Part shown: in pieces, positions 55,466 through 64,000 of the stretch
Layout of the letters: every line of letters begins with the position of its first letter
Position numbering within the stretch: the stretch's first letter is position 1
Origin: a phage
DNA length: 64,000 nt
Direction: 5' to 3' (one strand)
NCBI GenBank assembly: GCA_024672315.1
Contig: GCA_024672315.1_4714.1
The notes under the pieces: generated by a model
The model's input: only the letters and a program-made list of their open reading frames with translations
Told to the model about the DNA's origin: nothing
The model's database searches: none
Made by a program: the position numbers and the translations under genes

Positions 55466-56140
55466 TTAGCCCTCATCAAGGTTATTCTGGAGATGCATCG
55501 CGGTGAGGATAACACCAACCGCCGAAACCGATTTTGCCTTGCTGTCTTCAGGGAGCTGCTCCAAGCTTACGGTACCTGTCTCTAACAGCATGCGGTTCAT
55601 CGCGTTGAATTTCTTATCGTCACCACCACGAGCCTGCATCAACTCTCTGTTCACGTTCGGCATCGACCGTCCTAACGTCGCTTGCATTTCCGGCTGGCTC
55701 CAAGTGGAACCTTTACTATCACCCGTCGGCTGATTAGTCAGCTGGTCCTTGGTGTTGTTGTTTTTCGGAATCGAAATTTTAGCACTCAACGTTTCGGCTT
55801 GTCGGCGGTTTGGAATCAGGTACAATCTGGTTGGGCGGTCACGAAGCACCAATTGCCCTGTTTTCTGGTCGGTGAGATAAATACGCTGGAAGAAGGGGAA
55901 ACCGTATTTCTTACCGACTTCCAACGCACGTTTTATCGTCACCTCGTTTTTGTTCATGTTGGGTACCCAGATGGGTAGAATCTCTTTCTTATCCCGACAT
56001 AAACGCATATAGGCATCAAACGTCTCATCATCGATTTCAGCAAAACGTTTTTTGTAAATAGCGTAAGTCGGGCTCGATTCACCCACCAGGTCTTTGATAT
56101 ACCCAAGAATGAATTTTTCTGCTGCAGCGCGGTTGGACAT
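55466..56140 (-). CDS. Hypothetical protein (224 aa)
   Basis: ORF. Confidence 0.6.
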   Translation of the reverse strand: MSNRAAAEKFILGYIKDLVGESSPTYAIYKKRFAEIDDETFDAYMRLCRDKKEILPIWVPNMNKNEVTIKRALEVGKKYGFPFFQRIYLTDQKTGQLVLRDRPTRLYLIPNRRQAETLSAKISIPKNNNTKDQLTNQPTGDSKGSTWSQPEMQATLGRSMPNVNRELMQARGGDDKKFNAMNRMLLETGTVSLEQLPEDSKAKSVSAVGVILTAMHLQNNLDEG

Positions 56141-56149
56141 AAACGTCTC

Positions 56150-56491
56150 CTATTGTCGTGTCTGTTGCGGAAATACCCGAAACACCTGGACAATGATGTT
56201 CTTGTCCTCGCGGTTGGCGATGTCGATCATGTGTTTTGTTCCAGGACTTTTGAAATCCCAGAACGCAATTAGATGCGTAATGACATCGCCCATCCACTCA
56301 TTGCGTCTGAATCCAGCACCTTTACGATAAGGGCCATCCCAATCGGCAGGAAACGTGGTGTATTTAAACCCGTAATCCTTCGCGTAGCGGCGCACATGCA
56401 AATCAGCGCCTGAATGCGCACCGCCAGCAATGAGATGAACTTTGTCGTGAGGAAGGTTGTGTAACATCTGGTTCATACGCTTTTCGAACAA
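56150..56491 (-). CDS. DUF2493/SLOG-like small protein (113 aa)
   Basis: IAGGAHSGADLHVRRYAKDYG..FPADWDGPYRKGAGFRRNEWM matches the recalled DUF2493 pattern (GGAxGAD ... W ... AGxxRN); unverified. Confidence 0.45.
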   Translation of the reverse strand: MFEKRMNQMLHNLPHDKVHLIAGGAHSGADLHVRRYAKDYGFKYTTFPADWDGPYRKGAGFRRNEWMGDVITHLIAFWDFKSPGTKHMIDIANREDKNIIVQVFRVFPQQTRQ

Positions 56492-56544
56492 GGGATAATC
56501 ATCCCAGTAGCGTGATCCTGATACCCCTACACGATAGGGTTCGC

Positions 56545-56865
56545 TTATCTTCCACCGCGCAATGACTTTACGTTACGTGCAATAAAGGGTGCAACATAAT
56601 CACGGAAATTATGGATCCATCCTTTAATGGGTTGGTTGTCGAGTAAGCACTCACGTACCGAAAACGTACTTACTTCTAACACACCAAACTGCAGTCGCCA
56701 ATAGCGATTGATTTCAGCTTGGGTATGTTCTAATGTCATGTACTCAGGAACACGAGCCAGTAGGTCGTGTTTAAATTGCTCAGCAATCGCTGGTTGATGT
56801 GACGCAATTGTCTGCGTGATAACATCAATCAGTTCATGTGCATGCTTGATAGCAGGTGCGGTCAT
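56545..56865 (-). CDS. Hypothetical protein (106 aa)
   Basis: ORF. Confidence 0.5.
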   Translation of the reverse strand: MTAPAIKHAHELIDVITQTIASHQPAIAEQFKHDLLARVPEYMTLEHTQAEINRYWRLQFGVLEVSTFSVRECLLDNQPIKGWIHNFRDYVAPFIARNVKSLRGGR

Positions 56866-56877
56866 TTATTTAGCCTT

Positions 56878-58368
56878 TTATTTTTTACTCGGACGATTCA
56901 ATGCGGGTACCGGGTTCTTTGGTTGCTTTGTCTTTTCATCCATCCAGTACGGGAAGTACTCACCAGTACGCATACGCAATAAGTCCATTGTAGACAGGAA
57001 CGGCAGTGGGTTAGGATCGTCCAAATACGTCCAGTAACCACGCGTGTTTAACAATACATCCCAATCGAAACCTTTTGCTTTAAGATCGTCGTATAGTTCC
57101 TGTGGGGTGCAATACAGCTGTGGGTTTTCGTAAACCTCTTGACGCCAGAGATTATGCATCTGACACAGCTCCGACGTGATTTCCAGAGCACGCTGTAAAT
57201 ACTCATCCTCTTCGCAGAGAGAACGAATGGTCGTACGCTGCAACGCAACATCCGGATAAATATCCAAATATACCGTTGAAGCACCATCCGCTGACTTACC
57301 ACCTGACGCATGCATACCCCAACCACGCATCCAATCTTTATCACGCAGGTAGTGGTATTCCGTTAATGATGGTTTAACCCCTTCGCTCTGACTAACCACA
57401 ATCGGGAACGGTAAACCGGTAGGTCCGTTTTTAGCGCGCATGTTGAAGACTTGAATCAACTGCAGATCGGTATCCCCGATAAGGTTGTCACCAGGCCCAC
57501 GCGGATAAAGGACGCGTTTATCGGCGTTCTGAAGAATCGTCAGTTTATCGATTTTCCAGAGGTTATTCGTATAAAACGTGAAGCGTTCCGGGACGTTCTT
57601 AAACTTCTCATCGCCCTTAAACCCTTTCAGTTTTCGTACCGGCTGCTGGCCTGGCATACCACCAACGTTTACACCGTCACCAAGGTGGGCGGTCATGGTA
57701 ATGTAGATACCCGCCGACGCTGTGAGTACCGGCATCTGTGATAGAATCTGGCTTTTCGCTGCGGCTGAACGCATCGCTTCGGCATTCAGTTTTGCACCAC
57801 CTGCGGTTTCTTTATCGAACAGTGCATCAACGGCGTCGATTGGTAATCCAGAGAAACTGTCGATGAGTACAACGGTTGGCAACCACCAGGTATAGTTCTC
57901 ACCGTGTTTATTAATGAACGGAACGGCTTTGCGTTGAGATTTATCTTTGACCTTGTCATCACGGAATTTCTTAATCGCATCAAACCAAATGTTACCGCTC
58001 ATCTGAACAGCATCGGTGATAAACACACGTTCTTCTTCGAAAAGATCGACGCCTGCGATATTAGACATGTTCATCGCAAGCGTTAAGATACGTGTCGTCG
58101 TTAACGACATTTCTGTGTCGTAAACGCTACTATTGCTGTTTGCGTAACGATCGATAACGCGTAACAAGCGAAACATTATGAACGTGGTTTTGTTCATGTT
58201 GCCGCGAGCGCCTGCGCCCTCAACAAGCATCATACCGCCGTTACAAATGCTTTCACCGTGTTTACCGACATAGTACCGACCACCAGATGTGGGAATATCC
58301 ATTAAGCAGCCAATGTTGAGATTAAAACGCATCTCTTCACCGGGAGAAAGGTACTTATTAAGATTCAT
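56878..58368 (-). CDS. Hypothetical protein (496 aa)
   Basis: Long ORF; no motifs recognised with confidence. Confidence 0.65.
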   Translation of the reverse strand: MNLNKYLSPGEEMRFNLNIGCLMDIPTSGGRYYVGKHGESICNGGMMLVEGAGARGNMNKTTFIMFRLLRVIDRYANSNSSVYDTEMSLTTTRILTLAMNMSNIAGVDLFEEERVFITDAVQMSGNIWFDAIKKFRDDKVKDKSQRKAVPFINKHGENYTWWLPTVVLIDSFSGLPIDAVDALFDKETAGGAKLNAEAMRSAAAKSQILSQMPVLTASAGIYITMTAHLGDGVNVGGMPGQQPVRKLKGFKGDEKFKNVPERFTFYTNNLWKIDKLTILQNADKRVLYPRGPGDNLIGDTDLQLIQVFNMRAKNGPTGLPFPIVVSQSEGVKPSLTEYHYLRDKDWMRGWGMHASGGKSADGASTVYLDIYPDVALQRTTIRSLCEEDEYLQRALEITSELCQMHNLWRQEVYENPQLYCTPQELYDDLKAKGFDWDVLLNTRGYWTYLDDPNPLPFLSTMDLLRMRTGEYFPYWMDEKTKQPKNPVPALNRPSKK

Positions 58369-58466
58369 TGGGTAAAGACTCCTTCGATTCTTCGACTAAT
58401 TCTTAGTGTTCAGAGAATAACTATTTTTAGTTAAGACTGACAACCACTATTTCCACGAGGACCATC

Positions 58467-59309
58467 ATGCATAAATTTACCATTCCTGAAGACCCGATTA
58501 CACTGCAGACCCTTTGGGATTCACATCGTGCTTTATCAATGGAAGGCTTTGCGCAAGACTTCGCTTCACTTACCGCAGTAACGAATCTTCGTAGCATGTT
58601 TACCAACGGTAAGAAGTTTGTTACCGATTGGCTTAAGAAACGTGATGTGACGGTTTATCCTAAAGTCTTCGATGACCTCGATACCATCTTTAGCAACAAC
58701 GCTTACAGCGATCTCATTGGGTATCGCGCTTTTATTCCGAATGGTTTAAATGCGCCGATGTCAGATTATGTTGTTGCTTTAACCCAGAGTCTGGATAGCG
58801 TAATTGGCACCATCCTACCTGATTTGGATAAGTTGACCGTAACGTGCGCTAAAGCCGTCAACGACGTTAACTTCCGTCGCAGTAGTGGTATGGCTCAAAC
58901 GCTACCTAAAAACGATCCAGAGAACGTTCTAGAGACGTTACGTGCGATGTTCAAACAAGGGACGGTAACACAGACCACTGTAGGCCGTGCATATAAGAAC
59001 GAAGATGATATTCGTCAGATCGGAAAAGATCTGGATGCTTCCCGTATCCGTGCGCTTGACGTTAATCCTAAAGACGTGAAGAAGGCAATCGAACGTTTCA
59101 TGGAGGTGGCTGACCGTTTAACCGAAATCCTGGTTCAAGACTACAATGAAGGTGCGGTGAGCAACGCGATGATTCGCGATATTAGCGATGCTATCTACCA
59201 AACAGCCAAGCAGGCTGAACTGTATGCGTTTCTCGTGAACGCTTTGGCTGAGGCGATCATCGCATATAACGATACCTGGGACGCCGTTAAAAAGAACGCG
59301 AAAAAATAA
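58467..59309 (+). CDS. Hypothetical protein (280 aa)
   Basis: ORF. Confidence 0.6.
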   Translation: MHKFTIPEDPITLQTLWDSHRALSMEGFAQDFASLTAVTNLRSMFTNGKKFVTDWLKKRDVTVYPKVFDDLDTIFSNNAYSDLIGYRAFIPNGLNAPMSDYVVALTQSLDSVIGTILPDLDKLTVTCAKAVNDVNFRRSSGMAQTLPKNDPENVLETLRAMFKQGTVTQTTVGRAYKNEDDIRQIGKDLDASRIRALDVNPKDVKKAIERFMEVADRLTEILVQDYNEGAVSNAMIRDISDAIYQTAKQAELYAFLVNALAEAIIAYNDTWDAVKKNAKK

Positions 59310-59317
59310 CATAATAA

Positions 59318-59353
59318 CCCACCCTACTACCCCGTTAAGGGCGGTAGGGTGGG
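59318..59353. terminator. Perfect 10-bp hairpin CCCACCCTAC ... GTAGGGTGGG followed by GGTTTATTTGCCGTATAG
   Basis: Between convergent genes 58467-59309 (+) and 59361-59792 (-). Confidence 0.55.
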
Positions 59354-59360
59354 ATAAGGT

Positions 59361-59792
59361 TTATTTGCCGTATAGATGTACCACTCGTTGTGTCGTAGGA
59401 ACGCAGACTCTTACCAGAAGCTTCTTAATCTCCTGACGAATCGTTGCTTTATCATCATAATAAAGCCATGGTGGAACGCGCTGCATTATGCACTGCACGG
59501 CTTCATCGTAGTTCGTCGTCTCATTGAGTAACGTCTCACTATCCAAATCTTTCCATGCAGTAATACCAAGTCGCGCAGCAAACATCAACGCTGAAACCGA
59601 CTCAGCTATCTCCAATCGCTCATTCATATCCGCAAGACCTTTTAGCATGATGTAATTATCATCATGCTGATGTAAAGTGCCATACAAACTTCCGAAGAGA
59701 AGTATACGTTTAGCTTTTGCGGTTAAGAGGAACGACAGGAGAGCGTGTTTCAACGGTTGTTTCTCACGTTCTACCTGTTCGACCATCACCAT
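59361..59792 (-). CDS. Hypothetical protein (143 aa)
   Basis: ORF. Confidence 0.5.
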   Translation of the reverse strand: MVMVEQVEREKQPLKHALLSFLLTAKAKRILLFGSLYGTLHQHDDNYIMLKGLADMNERLEIAESVSALMFAARLGITAWKDLDSETLLNETTNYDEAVQCIMQRVPPWLYYDDKATIRQEIKKLLVRVCVPTTQRVVHLYGK

Positions 59793-59795
59793 TGA

Positions 59796-61322
59796 TTACT
59801 CCAACACATAACGTGGGTTACTGTATATGTTAGCCCATATACCAACGTCGTCTCCTGATTCGATAATCACAGCGAAACGAAACGCAACATCAGATTCACG
59901 ATAAGTTACCGCGTACGCTTTCGTTTCTGGAGATGCTAAATAGCTCAAGTTCAGACGTTGAGGTAGGTCTAACCCCAAGGACATGGTACAAGACGTAACG
60001 CCCTGCTTATCAGGGTTCAGTCTGTAATTCACGTCCACCTTCAGGCTTTTCGTAACCTGCGTAATCGCACTATGCACTTTGGTAACCGTTTTGCCTTTCT
60101 TATCCTTTTCTGTTTCGAAAAGAACATCGGTAATTTCGGTTACAACCAGGCGTGGTGTGGATTCGCGGTTAGCGTCAAGCCATTCATCCAGTAACGTCTT
60201 TAAGAAGTTCAAGGAATCAATCGCACGCCAAGCAAGGTTAGGCGGATTACATGCTTCCATTAAAATGGCTGTGTTCGATCCACCTAGCGGAAGATGCACG
60301 CTCTTACCGAGGCCTGTCGGACGCATCGTAAGATCGCACTCACCCTCAAGAATATCGCGATGATATTGACGATGATGAAGGTTATCCGTGTATGCGATAT
60401 ACACTGACTCCGTTGTCCCATGCTCTAATACCCGAGACGCATGCGTACGCATAATCTCAACAGCATCATCCGGCTTGCTTAAATAGATAACACTGTACGC
60501 ACTATCGCTAATCCTTTTCCCTAACTCAAGACGTCCCTTGTTGTCTTTATCGGTGTTACCACCGAAATAGATGTAGCGGCCATCTTTCGCACGCTCTTGC
60601 TGCTGGTTGGTGGTAAAGTAGCAGCGCGAGAACGTAAAGAACGGGCTTATTTCCGGTTCGGGACTCCAATACCCCTTAGCCGGAAGTTCGCGACGTATTT
60701 GGGTTCTTACAGCCCAGTCCTGGTTTTGTGACAGATATGTTCCACGCGTTGCCAGCATATCCGCACGTTCGTTACCAACATTGCCCTCATGTCCAGGAAC
60801 GTAGCGCAGCGAAATATCGATAGCGTCGCGCTTCGCATCCCTTATCACGCTATCGAGTTTCCGCCACCGTTCCGCATTCATTAACGGTTTATTGTCGGAT
60901 TTAACCCAGTTGTTCTCTCGCCAGTTAGCAAGATGGTTGGTGGCACCTACAACAACATATTGGCTGTCCGACAACAGCTGGATCCGTTTTGCCCCCTTTG
61001 CTTTTCCAAGTTCAATCGCACGTATTGCAGCATCCAACTCAGCCTGATTGTTAGTTACGTTGAAACCCAAAGCCTCTAACTCATCCACGTATTCCTTGGG
61101 TTCGACCAGCACAGCGTCTTTAGGAAAGTCGAGTTTAGGGTCAACATAACCGTATTGCGTTGGTTTGGGCTTCCCACTTTTTGAGGGTTCCAAGGTGCCT
61201 TTTATTTCTTTCACCATATCGTAGGTGTAGCCGTGCACGCCGTAGCCACCATACCCACTCGATGTTGGACGGGATCCTCCATCACAGTAGAAAACGGCAC
61301 CGAGCTCAGTATTTCCTGCCAT
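59796..61322 (-). CDS. RNase HI-domain protein fused to a ~300-aa C-terminal domain of unknown function
   Basis: N-terminal ~200 aa carry RNase HI motifs: YCDGG, TNNQAELDAAIRAIE, LLSDSQYVV and VPGHEGNVGNERADMLATRG (compare E. coli RnhA NNRMELMAAI, TDSQYV, VKGHAGHPENERCDELAR). Start re-assigned to ATG at 61322 (GAGG RBS). Confidence 0.75.
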   Translation of the reverse strand: MAGNTELGAVFYCDGGSRPTSSGYGGYGVHGYTYDMVKEIKGTLEPSKSGKPKPTQYGYVDPKLDFPKDAVLVEPKEYVDELEALGFNVTNNQAELDAAIRAIELGKAKGAKRIQLLSDSQYVVVGATNHLANWRENNWVKSDNKPLMNAERWRKLDSVIRDAKRDAIDISLRYVPGHEGNVGNERADMLATRGTYLSQNQDWAVRTQIRRELPAKGYWSPEPEISPFFTFSRCYFTTNQQQERAKDGRYIYFGGNTDKDNKGRLELGKRISDSAYSVIYLSKPDDAVEIMRTHASRVLEHGTTESVYIAYTDNLHHRQYHRDILEGECDLTMRPTGLGKSVHLPLGGSNTAILMEACNPPNLAWRAIDSLNFLKTLLDEWLDANRESTPRLVVTEITDVLFETEKDKKGKTVTKVHSAITQVTKSLKVDVNYRLNPDKQGVTSCTMSLGLDLPQRLNLSYLASPETKAYAVTYRESDVAFRFAVIIESGDDVGIWANIYSNPRYVLE

Positions 61323-61372
61323 TGTAAACCTCATTAATCATTGTCCGTATGATAGCCCAAAGTTGTACGGTA

Positions 61373-61924
61373 TTACCGATTACCGTCGGTTGACGTTGGT
61401 TGATCGCGATCGACTTTCATTGACCGCAGTTTTCCGCCGTTAATTACACATTGATTGCGTTGTTTGGCGGAGGTCAGACTATTACAGACGTAATAGGTAT
61501 CGATAAAACGTTCAACGCGTTCTTGAAACTCCCTCTCGTCAACTTTATCTTTTTCAAAGGTTCGTAACGCTCGATCAACCTCACCCTGGAGAATCCGGTT
61601 CTGTTCAACCATACTGTCGATTAAACGGCCTCGTACTTCGTTCGATGTGTAGAGTTGACGAATCAGTTCTCGGTTGGTGTCTCGCGCATAACGCAATGTT
61701 GCATTTTCCTGACGTAAACTCGTCACGTCAGCCATCAAGGTAATGATTTTTTCGCCAGCGAATAACGTCACGATACCCAATACGATGAAAAAGCCCGTAA
61801 TCAAGAATATCGAGGACTGTCGAGCTCCATCTCGACGATAGCGTGTGGGCGGTCGCTTACTTCGCCGAAACAACTCGCGAAGAAAAGGGAAAAGCCAGGG
61901 CAACGCCTTGAGTGTAGTAAACAT
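61373..61924 (-). CDS. Membrane-anchored coiled-coil protein (184 aa; start re-assigned to MFTTLKA)
   Basis: Basic N-terminus, one hydrophobic helix (IFLITGFFIVLGIVTLFAG), then a charged coiled-coil-like region; ATG at 61924 preceded by AAGGA. Confidence 0.5.
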   Translation of the reverse strand: MFTTLKALPWLFPFLRELFRRSKRPPTRYRRDGARQSSIFLITGFFIVLGIVTLFAGEKIITLMADVTSLRQENATLRYARDTNRELIRQLYTSNEVRGRLIDSMVEQNRILQGEVDRALRTFEKDKVDEREFQERVERFIDTYYVCNSLTSAKQRNQCVINGGKLRSMKVDRDQPTSTDGNR

Positions 61925-61978
61925 GCGTGTGTCCTTGATAGTATGAAATTTCCAATACAACTTAACCGAGGACGTCGA

Positions 61979-63319
61979 ATGATTAGTATTTTTGGTTTTT
62001 ATACGTACAAAGGGTACGCTAATAACCACCCAAAAACCACGGCGAAATTCGGTGAGTTCAGTCAGCACAGTGCTACGTTCAGTCGCGAGATCGGCATCTA
62101 TTCCAACACGGCGTACGCACGTACGACCTTATTAGTGTTGAATGCCGAAAACGAAGCTGGTGAAGCACAAACGCTGAATGACGACACCGCAGGCCGTATT
62201 CTTCAGGTTGGTCAATGGTTGCTGGAAAAAGCCGCATCGGGCGAAATCCAGGAAGACCGAGACCAGGTTATCAGTTACCTAAAAGACGACTTCACAACGT
62301 ATCTGGATTCTATCGACATCCCAACACCCACCACCGATGGTACAGTCTATCTACCGGCGTGGATCAGTTTCAAGATAACCGCCACCGGCGATGTTGTCAA
62401 GATTTGGTTGTCTGATAGCGTATTCCAAAGTCAATATCCAAAATACGAATATGAAGTCGTTCCCCCTGTTCCTAAGGATCAGTTAGATACCTTCTTCGAA
62501 GATCTGGCAACATTGAAGAAACTGGTTGACAGTCGAAGCAGCGAGAAACTGACCGAAGAAATCAACGAGGTGCGCGACCAATTCCCAGACACACAATTGT
62601 GGACGAAAACCTATAAAGCGTATGATTACACCGACGATTCGAAATACATTAATACCGATTGGACGGTGATTATCTACGGTGCGGCAGGTAACAACATTGA
62701 TAATATCAAGGAGTTCCTGCAAAACTGGATTCTTAGCAATAGCACACACGGACGTCCAGACTGGGAAATCGTTCTGCCGGATCTTTTTATTCCGACAGAA
62801 CACATCTTCATCCCGATCTGGAACCGCCACAGTGCTCCAGAGATGACCAATCAGGCACGTATCTATAGTCCTATCTTCGATGATTCGTTGATGGATACCT
62901 ACCTGAAAAACTTTGCTGATGGTTACGGCGAAACCGCCGAAGTCCGTAAGTCGCTTCAAGCGGTGCCGACGCTGTGGCGCTCGATCGGTTTCTTAAGTGT
63001 TGGTAACTCACGTAACCGAGACGGTAAACTTAAGTTCTACGATCGTTGGCCGCAATACGCGCTCATCAGCACAACCAGCATCGACATTAACCGTATCGAT
63101 GATGCGACACGTGAATTCATCACGTTCACTTACGAAATGCTGAAACTGGCAGAATCGCTCACCGAAGACGACCCGGTACCGTTGGGTTATAGTCGTGTTA
63201 CGCGCGGTAGCAATAGCTTCTTAGCGAAAAGCCACAACGATGTTCAGTATCTCTTCTTAACAAAAGAAGCGTTCCTGAAGAAAATGCCGGATGAAGCCGA
63301 CACACCCGTTGGAGGTTGA
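61979..63319 (+). CDS. Hypothetical protein (start re-assigned to MISIFGFY)
   Basis: ATG at 61979 preceded by GAGGACGTCGA; the track start at 61943 leaves only an 18-nt divergent intergenic gap. Confidence 0.55.
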   Translation: MISIFGFYTYKGYANNHPKTTAKFGEFSQHSATFSREIGIYSNTAYARTTLLVLNAENEAGEAQTLNDDTAGRILQVGQWLLEKAASGEIQEDRDQVISYLKDDFTTYLDSIDIPTPTTDGTVYLPAWISFKITATGDVVKIWLSDSVFQSQYPKYEYEVVPPVPKDQLDTFFEDLATLKKLVDSRSSEKLTEEINEVRDQFPDTQLWTKTYKAYDYTDDSKYINTDWTVIIYGAAGNNIDNIKEFLQNWILSNSTHGRPDWEIVLPDLFIPTEHIFIPIWNRHSAPEMTNQARIYSPIFDDSLMDTYLKNFADGYGETAEVRKSLQAVPTLWRSIGFLSVGNSRNRDGKLKFYDRWPQYALISTTSIDINRIDDATREFITFTYEMLKLAESLTEDDPVPLGYSRVTRGSNSFLAKSHNDVQYLFLTKEAFLKKMPDEADTPVGG

Positions 63320-63948
63320 TTATGGCTGTAACACGCATGACGCCAAGTCCCGGTGCGGTCGGGGTATTCACAGTATCAGCGCCGTTTACCGTTGGTGCGT
63401 CGACGCTATATACCGTTACAGCGTTGCGAAGATTTAGCGAAGTCATCGGTAGTGGAATCGATCTATTTACGGAACTGTACGAACCGTTATCGATAGACAA
63501 ATCCACTTTCGAAGCGCATCTCGAAGCGAATGCTTATCTCGTCACGTTGCAACCAGATTATGGTGCGCCCGTACTGGTACCCGACACGTATATCACGTCG
63601 TACCCAAAGAACGATTCCTTGCGGTATCGTCGCATTATTCTGGGTATCGATTTCGGGCCTCTTCCTCCCGGTCTTGACCTTTCGTATTTAACAACGATAT
63701 TGAAAGGTAAGGCCAGTGATATTCTTGGTGTCGAACCTGAAGTTAAAACGATGGAAATCACGCTCGATGATACCGTTACTCAGGAACAACATCAGATAAA
63801 CGAAGCCCGTCGTCAGGCTGCGATAAAAGAGCGAGATACCATTTACGCACGCTGTGAAACGCAAGAGAAGCAGATAACGGCTTTACTTGCAACCCAAAAG
63901 CAACTTATCAAATTGCTTCAAGACGCCGGAATCAATCCGACACCTTAA
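63316..63948 (+). CDS. Hypothetical protein (210 aa)
   Basis: ATGA-overlapped with the upstream gene; C-terminal coiled-coil-like region. Confidence 0.6.
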   Translation: MIMAVTRMTPSPGAVGVFTVSAPFTVGASTLYTVTALRRFSEVIGSGIDLFTELYEPLSIDKSTFEAHLEANAYLVTLQPDYGAPVLVPDTYITSYPKNDSLRYRRIILGIDFGPLPPGLDLSYLTTILKGKASDILGVEPEVKTMEITLDDTVTQEQHQINEARRQAAIKERDTIYARCETQEKQITALLATQKQLIKLLQDAGINPTP

Positions 63949-63954
63949 CATATT

Positions 63955-63986
63955 CCCTCCTCCTTCCCTGTTGGGTTGGAGGAGGG
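63955..63986 (+). terminator. Perfect 9-bp hairpin CCCTCCTCC-TTCCCTGTTGGGTT-GGAGGAGGG followed by GTTATGCCGTC
   Basis: Immediately after the stop at 63948; same loop family as 51093-51124 and followed by the TATGCCG element. Confidence 0.55.
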
Positions 63987-64000
63987 TTATGCCGTCAAGC

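Noticed and set aside
1-64000. CRISPR arrays, integrase, transposase or prophage attachment features
   Set aside because: No direct-repeat/spacer arrays and no recombinase-like ORFs were seen; the window looks like lytic jumbo-phage core and accessory genes.

Overview
This window reads as a densely packed (>90% coding), mostly minus-strand segment of a phiKZ-like nucleus-forming jumbo phage genome (GC near 50%, enterobacterial-type codon usage). Supporting calls made directly from the translations: a PhuZ-type phage tubulin (9096-10076), multisubunit RNA polymerase beta (35457-39803) and beta-prime N-terminal (39807-41972, split) genes, a 2221-aa virion protein with a C-terminal GH19-like muralytic domain (42218-48883), a terminase large subunit candidate (17775-20006), a sheath/tube-like late gene pair (25459-28437) and an RNase HI fusion protein (59796-61322). 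The most notable finding is a ~519-nt group I self-splicing intron (P, Q, R, S core elements in canonical order on the minus strand) that interrupts the beta-prime gene exactly at the catalytic DFDGD motif; the apparent 675-nt intergenic gap is therefore intron plus a short second exon. Two recurring non-coding motif families are present: a ~33-nt A-tract plus TATATTAC element (3 strong copies, 1 degenerate) upstream of leftward genes, and GC-rich hairpins followed by a U-rich TATGCCG element upstream of many start codons. No rRNA, convincing tRNA, CRISPR array, integrase or transposase was recognised. Most other ORFs are hypothetical; the ORF track used alternative start codons, so several starts were re-assigned by RBS inspection and remain approximate. 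All similarity statements are from manual motif reading and memory, not database searches.
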